Positions 16,151 to 24,810 of a stretch of 44,026 bases of DNA are shown piece after piece. Source of the stretch: a virus (taxonomy: Duplodnaviria > Caudoviricetes); the IMG/VR virus record IMGVR_UViG_3300037762_000224, positions 1 to 44,026 of that record. The stretch is one strand, 5' to 3'. Position 1 is the first letter of the stretch; every line of letters starts with the position of its first letter. A program made the translations under genes and the position numbers. The notes beneath the pieces are model-generated. The model made no database searches and had not been told where the DNA came from. It was given only the letters and a program-made list of their open reading frames with translations.

Positions 16151-16756
16151 ATGACCCACCTCACCCGCGTCCTAACCGTCGCGGTCGTGGCCGTGGTTGT
16201 CGGCTGTCTCCCCCCAGCCGGCACCACCAGCCCGCGTCGGACGGTGGTGTTTGGTGCCAGCATCACCGCCCAGGTCACCGCCACCCCGGTCGAGGACGGT
16301 GACGGCCGCACCTGGCGGGCCAAGCCTGGGGCCACCGTCCACTACTGGGCCGACGCGATCGTCGACGAGCTCCACGCCGGTGGGCGGAACATTGTGATCG
16401 CCGACCCCATCTACAACAGCCTCATCAAAGGCGGGTGGACCGCCGACGACGAGGCGGTGTTGTCGTGGATCATCATGGCCGCCCAGCCCGATGACTGTGT
16501 CGTCATCGAAGACCCGTGGGTGCAAGCGACAGCCGAGCTGTCGTGGCCGGGGATCCTCGAGAACGTCAACCGTGCCCGCGCCTACCTGGACCGGGTCGGG
16601 GCCCGCACCTTCGACTGGCAGCCCGTCATCGAAACCGACCCCACCCTCATCGCCGGCGACGGCCTCCACCTCGCCGCCTACGGCACTGAGGTGACATCGG
16701 TGGTGCAGGCCCGCTACGACTCCACCGAGACGGGCGCAAGGATGTGCAGACGATGA
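16151..16756 (+). CDS. SGNH/GDSL hydrolase-like lipoprotein
   Basis: Signal peptide ending VVVG-C; block I VVFGASIT; block V GDGLHL. Confidence 0.75.
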   Translation: MTHLTRVLTVAVVAVVVGCLPPAGTTSPRRTVVFGASITAQVTATPVEDGDGRTWRAKPGATVHYWADAIVDELHAGGRNIVIADPIYNSLIKGGWTADDEAVLSWIIMAAQPDDCVVIEDPWVQATAELSWPGILENVNRARAYLDRVGARTFDWQPVIETDPTLIAGDGLHLAAYGTEVTSVVQARYDSTETGARMCRR

Positions 16757-16935
16757 TCCGCCACTATGAGATCCGGCGCTTCTGGCCCTTCTGGATCGTT
16801 GAGTCCCTGTGGGACGAAGGCACCGACCACCGAGGCCGCCACTACCAGCTCTGGAAGCGTGTCGGACTGTTCCTGCGGCACAGCAGCGCCGAGAGCTACA
16901 AGGCTTGGTGCGAACGAAAGGTCGCTCCCCGCTAG
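16753..16935 (+). CDS. Small hypothetical protein
   Basis: ATGA coupled; MIRHYEIRRFWPFWIV. Confidence 0.6.
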   Translation: MIRHYEIRRFWPFWIVESLWDEGTDHRGRHYQLWKRVGLFLRHSSAESYKAWCERKVAPR

Positions 16936-16941
16936 GGAGCA

Positions 16942-16990
16942 GCCCCGGCCTCTACACCACCCGCCCCGAGCGGGCGGCAGAGGCCGGGGC
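16942..16990 (+). promoter_or_regulatory. Intergenic hairpin upstream of a ribosome-binding site
   Basis: gccccggcctct / agaggccggggc (12 bp) with inner ccgccc/gggcgg. Confidence 0.55.
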
Positions 16991-17010
16991 AACCAACGAA
17001 AGAGACGAGG

Positions 17011-17247
17011 ATGGCCGAGACCCAGAAGTTCTACGAGGCCAACGGCGGTGAACAGTGGTGGGACATCGTCGGTTACCTGAAACGGGACCGCTACCCAGGC
17101 ACACGCGTCCTGCTGACTGCCACTTTGGGCGGCGACTACATCGAGTTCCACTCGCCAGAAGCCATCGATCCACTCATCGAGGCACTCACCGAAGCCAGGC
17201 AGGCTTTCGCAGAGGCCTTGGCGCTCGACAAGGCAGACACACAATGA
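17011..17247 (+). CDS. Hypothetical protein
   Basis: MAETQKFYEA..., coupled to the next gene. Confidence 0.7.
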   Translation: MAETQKFYEANGGEQWWDIVGYLKRDRYPGTRVLLTATLGGDYIEFHSPEAIDPLIEALTEARQAFAEALALDKADTQ

Positions 17248-17408
17248 CTGATGCCGAATGGGAAGCCGACAAGCTGGAGGCTGACGGCCTCATAGCGATG
17301 GCCGAGCTCGAGGCGGTGCGGGTGATTGTGGATCGGGCGACGACCCAGTGCGGGCTGGGTGCCGCGATCGCCGAACACTTCGGCGCCGACCTCCCCCGCA
17401 CCGACTGA
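17244..17408 (+). CDS. Small acidic hypothetical protein
   Basis: MTDAEWEADK..., ATGA coupled. Confidence 0.6.
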   Translation: MTDAEWEADKLEADGLIAMAELEAVRVIVDRATTQCGLGAAIAEHFGADLPRTD

Positions 17409-17410
17409 CC

Positions 17411-17605
17411 GTGCTTGATTTCCTGTTGTTCCGGCCGACGTTGTGGGTGCTTGGTGTCGCCTTCGGTCGGGCGGGTTCTCTCCTGGTCCACGACGATTGG
17501 GGCAACGTCGCACTATGGGTCGCATTCGGGCTCACCATCGCTTGGTTGCTATGGATGAGAACACCAGCCGATCGGCGGCGAGCACCGTCCTACCGCCGCC
17601 CCTAG
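17411..17605 (+). CDS. Small membrane protein
   Basis: GTG at 17411; two hydrophobic segments. Confidence 0.55.
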   Translation: MLDFLLFRPTLWVLGVAFGRAGSLLVHDDWGNVALWVAFGLTIAWLLWMRTPADRRRAPSYRRP

Positions 17606-17625
17606 ACGCGACACCGGACGCGACG

Positions 17626-17658
17626 AAACCCCCTGACCGTGAGGCCAGGGGGGCTTTA
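17626..17658. terminator. Probable bidirectional terminator between convergent units
   Basis: aaa ccccctg ... caggggg g c ttt, at the junction of the plus and minus operons. Confidence 0.6.
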
Positions 17659-17663
17659 CGTCA

Positions 17664-18044
17664 TCAGAAGAGGGTGAGCGGTGGAGGGCGGCTTCCAACC
17701 GGTTCGCACGTGAACCCTGTCGTGGCCATCTTCCGCGTGTTGCACATGCTGTGTGCCAACTGCAAGTTGGCAATCTCATGAGTCCCGCCCTGCGCCCACG
17801 GGACGACATGGTCGATCGTCGGACCTAGCGGACCCGATGCCTGCAAATCGATCAATCCCGAGCAGACACCGCAGCCATGCCCATCTCGAGCTGCCAAGGC
17901 GACCAGCGAGACAGTAGTGCCACAAAGCCGACGCCATTCGTAATGCCTGCTCCTATGGGCATGAGAACAGAAGCGTTTCGGCCGGCCCTTCCCGTCGTGG
18001 TCCAGTCGAGCTCCGCACCATAGGCATGACAGGACTCGACTCAT
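17664..18044 (-). CDS. HNH endonuclease with N-terminal Zn finger
   Basis: CLWCG..GRPKRFCS; RDG..CGVC; TIDHVVP...GG.H...NLQLAHSMCN..K. Confidence 0.88.
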   Translation of the reverse strand: MSRVLSCLWCGARLDHDGKGRPKRFCSHAHRSRHYEWRRLCGTTVSLVALAARDGHGCGVCSGLIDLQASGPLGPTIDHVVPWAQGGTHEIANLQLAHSMCNTRKMATTGFTCEPVGSRPPPLTLF

Positions 18045-18060
18045 ACGGTGACGCTAACGG

Positions 18061-18252
18061 CTAGTTGCCGTCGTTGCCGGTGGTGTTGTGGCAGGCGGCC
18101 GGCCGGTCGGCGTTGGCGCCGGTGCACTGGCCGGACTGGCCGCCACCGTTGGCGGAGCCGCCGTTGGTGGGTGCGTCGGGGTTGGCGCCCGCGGCGCCGG
18201 CGGCGGCGAGCAGGAAGGTGGCGGCGACGATGGAGACGATGGTCTTGCGCAT
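18061..18252 (-). CDS. Small secreted Gly/Asn-rich peptide with two Cys
   Basis: MRKTIVSIVAATFLLAAAGAAGA signal peptide (A-G-A cleavage site). Confidence 0.7.
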   Translation of the reverse strand: MRKTIVSIVAATFLLAAAGAAGANPDAPTNGGSANGGGQSGQCTGANADRPAACHNTTGNDGN

Positions 18253-18274
18253 GGCCGCAGGGTAGCCCGTCAGT

Positions 18275-18583
18275 TCAGGCGTAGCAGTTCCCGAGCCAGA
18301 CTTCGTAGCCTGTGATCAGGTCAACGAGAACGCAGTGGATGATGTTGGAAGGCCCCTCGATCAGGTAGCGGCAGTCGGCCTGGTGGCTACCCCAGTAGTG
18401 GACGGGCGAGTTCTTCAGCCGGGTGATGTTGTTCGGGTTCGGGCCCCATACCCGGACTTCGATCCAGTCGCACGCGGCCTTGGCCGCGGAGTAGGTGTGG
18501 CCGCTGGCCGGGGCAGTGCCGAGGGCGATCCCGCCCGTCAGCAGCGACACGGTCAGGGCGATGGTGGCGACGATGCGTCTCAT
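18275..18583 (-). CDS. Small secreted protein with four Cys
   Basis: MRRIVATIALTVSLLTGGIALGTAPASG signal peptide; ATGA coupled to the holin-like gene. Confidence 0.7.
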   Translation of the reverse strand: MRRIVATIALTVSLLTGGIALGTAPASGHTYSAAKAACDWIEVRVWGPNPNNITRLKNSPVHYWGSHQADCRYLIEGPSNIIHCVLVDLITGYEVWLGNCYA

Positions 18584-18774
18584 GCCGTGGCCGGCTTGTT
18601 GGGGGCGAGCCACACGGCCACACCCGCAGCCAAAGCTGAGGCGACAACGACGACCCATTCGTCTGCGGTCACGCCACCGTCCACAGCGCCCGCATACGCG
18701 GCCGAGCCGGCGGCGGCAACGGCGACAAGCGCCTTCACGGCCTGGGGTAGATAACCGACAATCTTCACAAGCAT
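18580..18774 (-). CDS. Holin-like membrane protein
   Basis: KALVAVAAAG...DGGVTADEW....ALAAG.AVWLAPNKP, an actinophage holin-like pattern; AGGAG RBS. Confidence 0.75.
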   Translation of the reverse strand: MLVKIVGYLPQAVKALVAVAAAGSAAYAGAVDGGVTADEWVVVVASALAAGVAVWLAPNKPATA

Positions 18775-18783
18775 TCGAATCTC

Positions 18784-19299
18784 CTATTGGTCGAGCCGGG
18801 CTTGGGCCGCGGCGAGGTCACATTCAGGATCGGGGTAGGCCTCGGCGATCCGCCGGTTGATCGACGCCCGGAACGCATCTATCTGCGCCGGAGGGGCATC
18901 AGTCGCCACTTCGATCAAGGCCTCGCTCGGGATGGCGATGGCCTGCCGGATCTGTTCGCGGGATTCCCATGCCCTCACGCATCCCTGTGCCTCGTTCTCC
19001 GCGACGATCTCGTCGACCGCGTTGGCGGTGTCCTCTGCCCGGTTGGCGGTCGTTTCGACCCGCCACAAGCCGGCGACACCAACGATCGCCATGAACAGAT
19101 AAGCGGCAAGCCGGCGACGGCTCGGCGTGAACCCGCTGCCATAGACGCGTCCGCCCCGACCGCCGGGGCCGCCTGTGCCGCCAGCACCGGATGGCGCTCC
19201 GCCTGCTCCGCCGACGCCGCCGACACCGCCCGCGCCGCCATGGTGGCGGTCACCGGCCTGTCCCGGTCCCCCGGGTTGCCCGGGTTCGCCTGTGGTCAC
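18784..19299 (-). CDS. Lysis-cassette membrane protein with Gly-rich N-terminus
   Basis: GTG at 19299; G-X-X repeats, one TM segment, helical C-terminus with two Cys. Confidence 0.65.
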   Translation of the reverse strand: MTTGEPGQPGGPGQAGDRHHGGAGGVGGVGGAGGAPSGAGGTGGPGGRGGRVYGSGFTPSRRRLAAYLFMAIVGVAGLWRVETTANRAEDTANAVDEIVAENEAQGCVRAWESREQIRQAIAIPSEALIEVATDAPPAQIDAFRASINRRIAEAYPDPECDLAAAQARLDQ

Positions 19300-19403
19300 C
19301 AGTGTCCCCGCATGATCCGGTATTCCAGGATCAGGTAGGCGGTGATGAGCAGCCAGGCGGCGCTGTACCGGTAGCGGTCGATCACGTGCCATGGAGAGAT
19401 CAC
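19296..19403 (-). CDS. Small membrane protein (35 aa)
   Basis: VISPWHVIDRYRYSAAWLLITAYLILEYRIMRGHW; GTGA coupled on both sides. Confidence 0.55.
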   Translation of the reverse strand: MISPWHVIDRYRYSAAWLLITAYLILEYRIMRGHW

Positions 19404-19630
19404 GAGAGTCGTTCCTTGGGTGGTGGTGGCGACTCGGTTGAGCCGTTCGCCCGCTTGTCGTCCGCCTTCAAGAACGCCGGCAGCCCGCACATCGCCGCGT
19501 ACAACAGGAGCAGCGTGGGCCGTTCGGGGCCGGGCCGGAACACGGCCTCGTACACGATCAGGCCGAGCCCGGTGAGGAACAGGGACGCGTCGCGCCACTG
19601 AGGGAACGTCGGCCAACGGTGACCGGTCAC
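19400..19630 (-). CDS. Membrane protein, holin-like
   Basis: RDASLFLTGLGLIVYEAV...PTLLLLYAAMCGLPAF; directly downstream of the endolysin. Confidence 0.7.
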   Translation of the reverse strand: MTGHRWPTFPQWRDASLFLTGLGLIVYEAVFRPGPERPTLLLLYAAMCGLPAFLKADDKRANGSTESPPPPKERLS

Positions 19631-19681
19631 CTGGCACCTGTGCAGGCTCCATGCTGGATGTACACGACCAACCTCCCGGTC

Positions 19682-20473
19682 CTAAACAGGCGGCGGGACG
19701 GCCTTGAGGGCGTCCTCGGCGCCAAGCTTGGCCAACACCCGGCCCTCCTTACGGAGCACCGAACCGGACTCCTGGATCTCACGCTCGAGCACCTCGGTGA
19801 CCTTGGCGTCAACCAAGCCGGGCACTTCCTGTTTGATGATGTTGCGGATCACCGTCTTGAACTCGTCTTCGGTCCAGCCATACATATCGTCTTCTCCTAG
19901 GACTAGGGCCCGCACGCCGGGCACGACCTTGGTCTTGAACTGGTCGATGCGCCGCCAATCCGGGCAGCACTTCCCCGTGGACTTGGTCCACGACAGGTTG
20001 CCGGTGACCCATTCGGGCGAGTTAGGGACACCCTGCCGGTGGTAGGCCAACCCGCGTCGGCCCTTCTTCGTGTCAGGGATCAACACCGGGGGGATGTTGA
20101 ACCGGACACAACACCAGGCCATGTCCTTGATGAGCCGTTGAACCTGGGCATTGGTCCACGCCGGCACATTGCCGCAAGTGTGGTCCCAGTCAGCGAAACA
20201 CGCGGACTTGGTGTCCTCGGTCTCCCAGCAGATCGCATAGGGATTCCCTTCGAGAACAGCCGCGCTCCGATGCTTGAGATCCTGGCATTGGACAGTCTTG
20301 CCACCACAGGACGTGTAGTTGTGGGCGTAGGGGTTCCCCGCCTTCGCACCCCAGGAGATGGATCCTTCGTTTGACCCCACCTCGGTATGAGCCACCAGGA
20401 TGTCCGGTTGCACAGGAGTCGTGGACTTGCCGGAGAACGGCCGCCACTCGGCTTCGGGAAGGATGACGGCCAT
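19682..20473 (-). CDS. Endolysin, N-acetylmuramoyl-L-alanine amidase (Amidase_2-like)
   Basis: LVAHT, YAHNY, ICWETED, W.NAQV, LAYHRQ, KCCP (His/His/Cys Zn ligands). Confidence 0.85.
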   Translation of the reverse strand: MAVILPEAEWRPFSGKSTTPVQPDILVAHTEVGSNEGSISWGAKAGNPYAHNYTSCGGKTVQCQDLKHRSAAVLEGNPYAICWETEDTKSACFADWDHTCGNVPAWTNAQVQRLIKDMAWCCVRFNIPPVLIPDTKKGRRGLAYHRQGVPNSPEWVTGNLSWTKSTGKCCPDWRRIDQFKTKVVPGVRALVLGEDDMYGWTEDEFKTVIRNIIKQEVPGLVDAKVTEVLEREIQESGSVLRKEGRVLAKLGAEDALKAVPPPV

Positions 20474-20628
20474 CAGATCCCGTGGTCTCCGCAATCGAGC
20501 CCGTCGGTGATCGGGTCGGGGAGTTCGTCGATCCGGGCCAGGTAGTCGAGCTGGTCGTCGGTCATGTCGGCGAGAGCGTCGATGTCGGCTGCCCGTTCCG
20601 CCTGCGCGGATTCCAGGTAATCGTCCAT
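20473..20628 (-). CDS. Small acidic hypothetical protein (51 aa)
   Basis: MDDYLESAQAER..., TGATG coupling on both sides. Confidence 0.6.
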   Translation of the reverse strand: MDDYLESAQAERAADIDALADMTDDQLDYLARIDELPDPITDGLDCGDHGI

Positions 20629-20954
20629 CAGGTGACGACCCGGGTGACAGGGAACTCGAACTGGCAAATCAGGTCCTTGTTGTCCGCTGATCGCCGTGCC
20701 TTGACCTGCCCCGTGTAGTTCTTGGCGGCGATGTTGAGCTCGTCCGGCGCAAACGCGATGACGACGTTCGGAAACGTCGCCGCACCCGTGATCCCTGTCG
20801 TCTTCGTCAACACGGCGACCGAGTCGAGATCCCCGACTTTGAACTCGAACGCCCACAATCCACCTGAGAAGTCTCGGGGTTGCCCGGTCCGTGGGTCTGG
20901 CCATGAGACGTGGAGATCGTCGAGCTCTTCGCCGATCTCATAGGAAACAGCCAT
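20628..20954 (-). CDS. Virion accessory protein, BppU N-terminal-like beta-sandwich
   Basis: All-beta pattern (W..P..GQPRDFSG...Y.GQVK) and position after the large fibre gene. Confidence 0.55.
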   Translation of the reverse strand: MAVSYEIGEELDDLHVSWPDPRTGQPRDFSGGLWAFEFKVGDLDSVAVLTKTTGITGAATFPNVVIAFAPDELNIAAKNYTGQVKARRSADNKDLICQFEFPVTRVVT

Positions 20955-20965
20955 GAGGCCTCACT

Positions 20966-23900
20966 TTACTCTGAGGTACTGGTCACCACTGATTGCGTCG
21001 GATCGTCGATAGCCACGGTTTGGTCGGCGTCGCTGATCGTCAACAATTGGTCGGAGTCGCTGATCAACACGCTCTGGTTGGAATCGACGATGAACACGGC
21101 TTGGTTAATGTCGGAGATCAGCACCATTTGGTCTGCGTCGGTGACAGTGATCGGCCAGCCAGCGTCGGGGACGGTAGGTGGGACGCCACCCGATACGACA
21201 CCAGCGAACACGTAGTCGCCGGTGGTCGGCGCGCCGATGAGACGGCGCATACCAGCGGTCGTACCCACGTAGGTGAAGGTCCCGGTAGCTGTCCCGGTGG
21301 CCCGTCTTTGCCCGATGGTGGCGCCAGTGAATGTGAAGGTGCCGGTGGCGCTGCCGTTGACCGCACCGGTGGGTATCTCGCCGGCAACATCACCCGTGAA
21401 CCCGAAGCTGCCGGTCGCCGTGCCGACAGAGCGGGCGACACCAGCGGTAGCACCTGTGAACCCGAAGGTTCCGGTGGCGGTGCCGACGGCTCGAGCGACG
21501 CCGGTAGTGGTCCCGGTGAACCCGAACACTCCGGTGGCGGTGCCGTTGACCTCGCCGCCGGCGACACCGGGGCGGACGGCGACGGTTGCCGCTACCCAGA
21601 TTTCGCTGTTCACGATCGCGAACGTGCCGGGGTCCTCGGATGCCGCGGAGAGCTCGCGGCGGGCCATCATGGCGGTGCCGTTGTCGCTGTTGGTGGTGTG
21701 GCTGCGGGTCTGGAGGTCCGTGTAGTTGGCGGGCGCTGAGGAGACTGTGTTGTTGAACCGGGTGCCACCGACCGCGAGCCATAGGGCGTTTTCGATGTCC
21801 CAGCCGGCCGGGTTCAGGGTGGGCGGGTTGACCGAGTTGTCGGGCCCGCCGGCGACGACGGCGACCTCGGGGACGGTAGAAGCGTGGGCGCCGCCGATAC
21901 CGAGCCCGAGGTGGACGGCGGTCATGCTGGCCGAGCTGGTGACCGTGATGGTGTCGCCGGTGCCAGTGAACCCTTCGGTGCCATCGATGATCTTGCGGCC
22001 CACCGACAACTGCACACCGGTCGCACCCTGGTTGGAGGCGGTCCACCCGGACGGCCACCCGGGGGTGGTGGGCAGATCGAACACGACAGCGATGACAACG
22101 GTCTTGCCGACGACATCAGAGCCGTCGGGGACAGTGACGGTGTGGTTGGTGCCAGCGGCGCTCTGCGAATCGGAGGGCGTGAACGTGAACCCCGCGCCCC
22201 CGGTCACCCCACCCGCAGCCGACCCAGTGAACGTGAAGATCCCGGTGGCTGTCCCGAAGGCCCGGGTCACACCAGCGGTAGCACCTGTGAACCCGAAATC
22301 GCCGGTCGCTGTACCTGGTGTGCGACCCACCCCGGCGGCGGCTCCTGTGAACACGTAGGGGCCTGTGACGGCACCCTGGACGCGGGGCACACCCGCCACC
22401 GCGCCCGAGTATCCGAAGATCCCCGTGGCGGTACCGGTGACAGGGCCGCCCGCCGCCAACGTGCTCAACAGCTCCAACGCGATCCCCGCCAAGTCGGGAT
22501 CCGTTACAGCCGCCGTGGCATCGACAGTGGTGTCAGCCCCCGCGAACTTCCACTCGGTTAGCAGCGTGCCGTCCGCCGCTTCGGGGCTCGCGTTCAGATC
22601 GTGCAGCTCGAGGAATCCGTCGCCCGGCGTGAACGTGGTGTTAGAACCGTTCACGAACACGCCAACAGCGAGGTTGACCGGGTCACCGATCGCGCCCGGC
22701 AACGTGACCGTGAGAACGGTGCCGCTGACCTGGTTCTGTGCCGACTGGACGACACCCTTACTGGTAGCGGTGTCGACCTCGCGGGCTTCGACAACCGACC
22801 ACAGGACGGTCGCCTGGTTCTGGCTGGCGTAGTCGATCGTGATCGTGCCCGTCGTCTCGGACGCTGCCGTCCCGGCGAACACGGTCAGGCGACGGAACGT
22901 GGAGACCTGATCGAAGAAGAAATCTCTGGCGACCGCCCAATCGGTACCGGTCGGTCCCGAGAGCGTCGGTGTGTTCGGCGACGACGCGTTGATCGTGAGG
23001 ACCGCGACCAGAGCGACCTTGTCCGCGCCGCCGATGGTGACCGAAGCAGTCGCATACGACGACTTGTCGACGGGGTCCATGCCGCTCGTCTTCGGGAGGA
23101 CGAGAGGGACGACCGTGCCAGCGACCGCGTCGGTGAATGTGAAGGTGCCTGTGGCGGCACCCTGGACGTTGGGGACACCAGCGGCAGCACCGGTGAACCC
23201 GAACACTCCGGTGGCAGTGCCTGTGACCTGCCCGCCGCCGGTGATCTCACCCGCGACCGCACCGGTGAACCCGAACAGGCCACTAGCGATTCCAACGACC
23301 TGGGGGACGAGCCGGTACTCGCTGTAGTACGCCGGTTCTTCGAACGACGCGGCGTCGTAGGCGGCGACCGAGATCAGGTCGGTGGCACTGTTGTGGACGT
23401 AGAGGAAGGTGATGTTGTTGCCGGGCTGCCAGCCGGGCCGGTCAACGACCTCCTGGACAACGGCAGCAAGGCTGGGGGTCGTGGCCTGGTTGCCTGCCGT
23501 CCCGAGATCGTTGGTTGTCCACGCCACCGACGCTGTGGTCTTGGTGCGCCCGTCGATGTCACCGTCGACCTCATGTTGAAGTGTCGGCGAGTCGTCAATG
23601 TCGTGGGCGTACCAGGTGCCCTCGGCGTCGTTCTTCGCCGAATCAGCGATCGTGAGGATGAGCCGGGCGTCGGAGACGGTCGCACCGTTCTGGTAGGGCA
23701 GATCGGTGATCCGCACCGCCATGTGTTCGCCGACAGCGGACATGAGCAGGGCGCTGCCGACAGTGGTGGGGACGGTCGCCACGACTTCGACCCCGTCGTC
23801 CGACGAGGCGACGACCGCCCGGTTGACCATCCACACGCCGGGAACCATCCCGATGCCGGCACCGGTGAACCCGAAGGTTCCGGTGGCGGTGCCGAAACGG

Positions 23901-24481
23901 TTGATGCCGTGGACCGCGCCCGTGAACCCGAACACCCCGGTCGCCGACCCGTTGACCGCCCCAACGACAAACGGTGTGACGATCGTGTCCGCCGACGAGT
24001 CGACGTTGATCGTGGCCGTCTGGTTCATCGACCCGGAACTGTTCGTGATCTGGACCCGGGTGAGTAGCCGGTCACCAGCCGCCCATGTCCCCAACGATTG
24101 GGCGGTCCACGTGAACGTCCTGGTCGTGGACGCGATCGCTGTCTGCGATCCGCCGGGCGCCTCGACCTCGGAACCCTGCAGGACTCCGGCGGCGTTGTAC
24201 CGGGCTAGGAACACCCGGAAGTTGACCGTCTCACCAACGCTCGCCGCCGTACAGCGGACAGCGACCGAATAGTTGCCGGTGGCGCCGTCGACGCCAGGGG
24301 CACCGGACGGGGTGAAGAAGTTCTGGTTGCAGAACAACCCCGAGTTCATGTTGCCGGAGATGAGTGCGGTATCGCCGCCACCTGCGGTGCCGGAGGCGAC
24401 CAAATGGCGGGTCGTGCCGCCCGTCCCGCCCGGGCCGGTCAGATCAGAGGTCGTTGACAGCTGAAAGTAGGTGATCGCCAT
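20966..24481 (-). CDS. Large modular virion fibre/decoration protein with GTATGxFxFTG repeats
   Basis: 1171 aa, G/T/A-rich; about 15 repeats of ~20 aa in clusters between globular domains; C-terminal 9-aa repeats. Confidence 0.8.
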   Translation of the reverse strand: MAITYFQLSTTSDLTGPGGTGGTTRHLVASGTAGGGDTALISGNMNSGLFCNQNFFTPSGAPGVDGATGNYSVAVRCTAASVGETVNFRVFLARYNAAGVLQGSEVEAPGGSQTAIASTTRTFTWTAQSLGTWAAGDRLLTRVQITNSSGSMNQTATINVDSSADTIVTPFVVGAVNGSATGVFGFTGAVHGINRFGTATGTFGFTGAGIGMVPGVWMVNRAVVASSDDGVEVVATVPTTVGSALLMSAVGEHMAVRITDLPYQNGATVSDARLILTIADSAKNDAEGTWYAHDIDDSPTLQHEVDGDIDGRTKTTASVAWTTNDLGTAGNQATTPSLAAVVQEVVDRPGWQPGNNITFLYVHNSATDLISVAAYDAASFEEPAYYSEYRLVPQVVGIASGLFGFTGAVAGEITGGGQVTGTATGVFGFTGAAAGVPNVQGAATGTFTFTDAVAGTVVPLVLPKTSGMDPVDKSSYATASVTIGGADKVALVAVLTINASSPNTPTLSGPTGTDWAVARDFFFDQVSTFRRLTVFAGTAASETTGTITIDYASQNQATVLWSVVEAREVDTATSKGVVQSAQNQVSGTVLTVTLPGAIGDPVNLAVGVFVNGSNTTFTPGDGFLELHDLNASPEAADGTLLTEWKFAGADTTVDATAAVTDPDLAGIALELLSTLAAGGPVTGTATGIFGYSGAVAGVPRVQGAVTGPYVFTGAAAGVGRTPGTATGDFGFTGATAGVTRAFGTATGIFTFTGSAAGGVTGGAGFTFTPSDSQSAAGTNHTVTVPDGSDVVGKTVVIAVVFDLPTTPGWPSGWTASNQGATGVQLSVGRKIIDGTEGFTGTGDTITVTSSASMTAVHLGLGIGGAHASTVPEVAVVAGGPDNSVNPPTLNPAGWDIENALWLAVGGTRFNNTVSSAPANYTDLQTRSHTTNSDNGTAMMARRELSAASEDPGTFAIVNSEIWVAATVAVRPGVAGGEVNGTATGVFGFTGTTTGVARAVGTATGTFGFTGATAGVARSVGTATGSFGFTGDVAGEIPTGAVNGSATGTFTFTGATIGQRRATGTATGTFTYVGTTAGMRRLIGAPTTGDYVFAGVVSGGVPPTVPDAGWPITVTDADQMVLISDINQAVFIVDSNQSVLISDSDQLLTISDADQTVAIDDPTQSVVTSTSE

Positions 24482-24810
24482 CAGCCGTCGCCGCCGCCGC
24501 CGTCATCGGGGAGCCACCAACCGACCTTGACCTGGCCGTGGGCGAGGTCGGGCGGGTACGCGGGCCGGCGGGTCGTCACCACGTCGCCGGACGGGCTGAA
24601 CAGCAGCTCGAGCGGCGGATCGGGCCCATAGCCGCCAGCTACCCAATTGTCCCCGTCGAGGTACAGCCAGTACAGCGTGAACCCTTGGAACCGGTGGCCA
24701 TCAATATCGAAGTAGTCGACGCCGTCACCGCGCACGTCCGGCCAAGCGTCCAAGGTGACGGTGAGCTCGGTGCCATCGACGTAACGGACAATGACCGCGG
24801 GGGATGTCAT
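24481..24810 (-). CDS. Hypothetical protein
   Basis: MTSPAVIVRYVDG..., coupled on both sides. Confidence 0.7.
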   Translation of the reverse strand: MTSPAVIVRYVDGTELTVTLDAWPDVRGDGVDYFDIDGHRFQGFTLYWLYLDGDNWVAGGYGPDPPLELLFSPSGDVVTTRRPAYPPDLAHGQVKVGWWLPDDGGGGDG

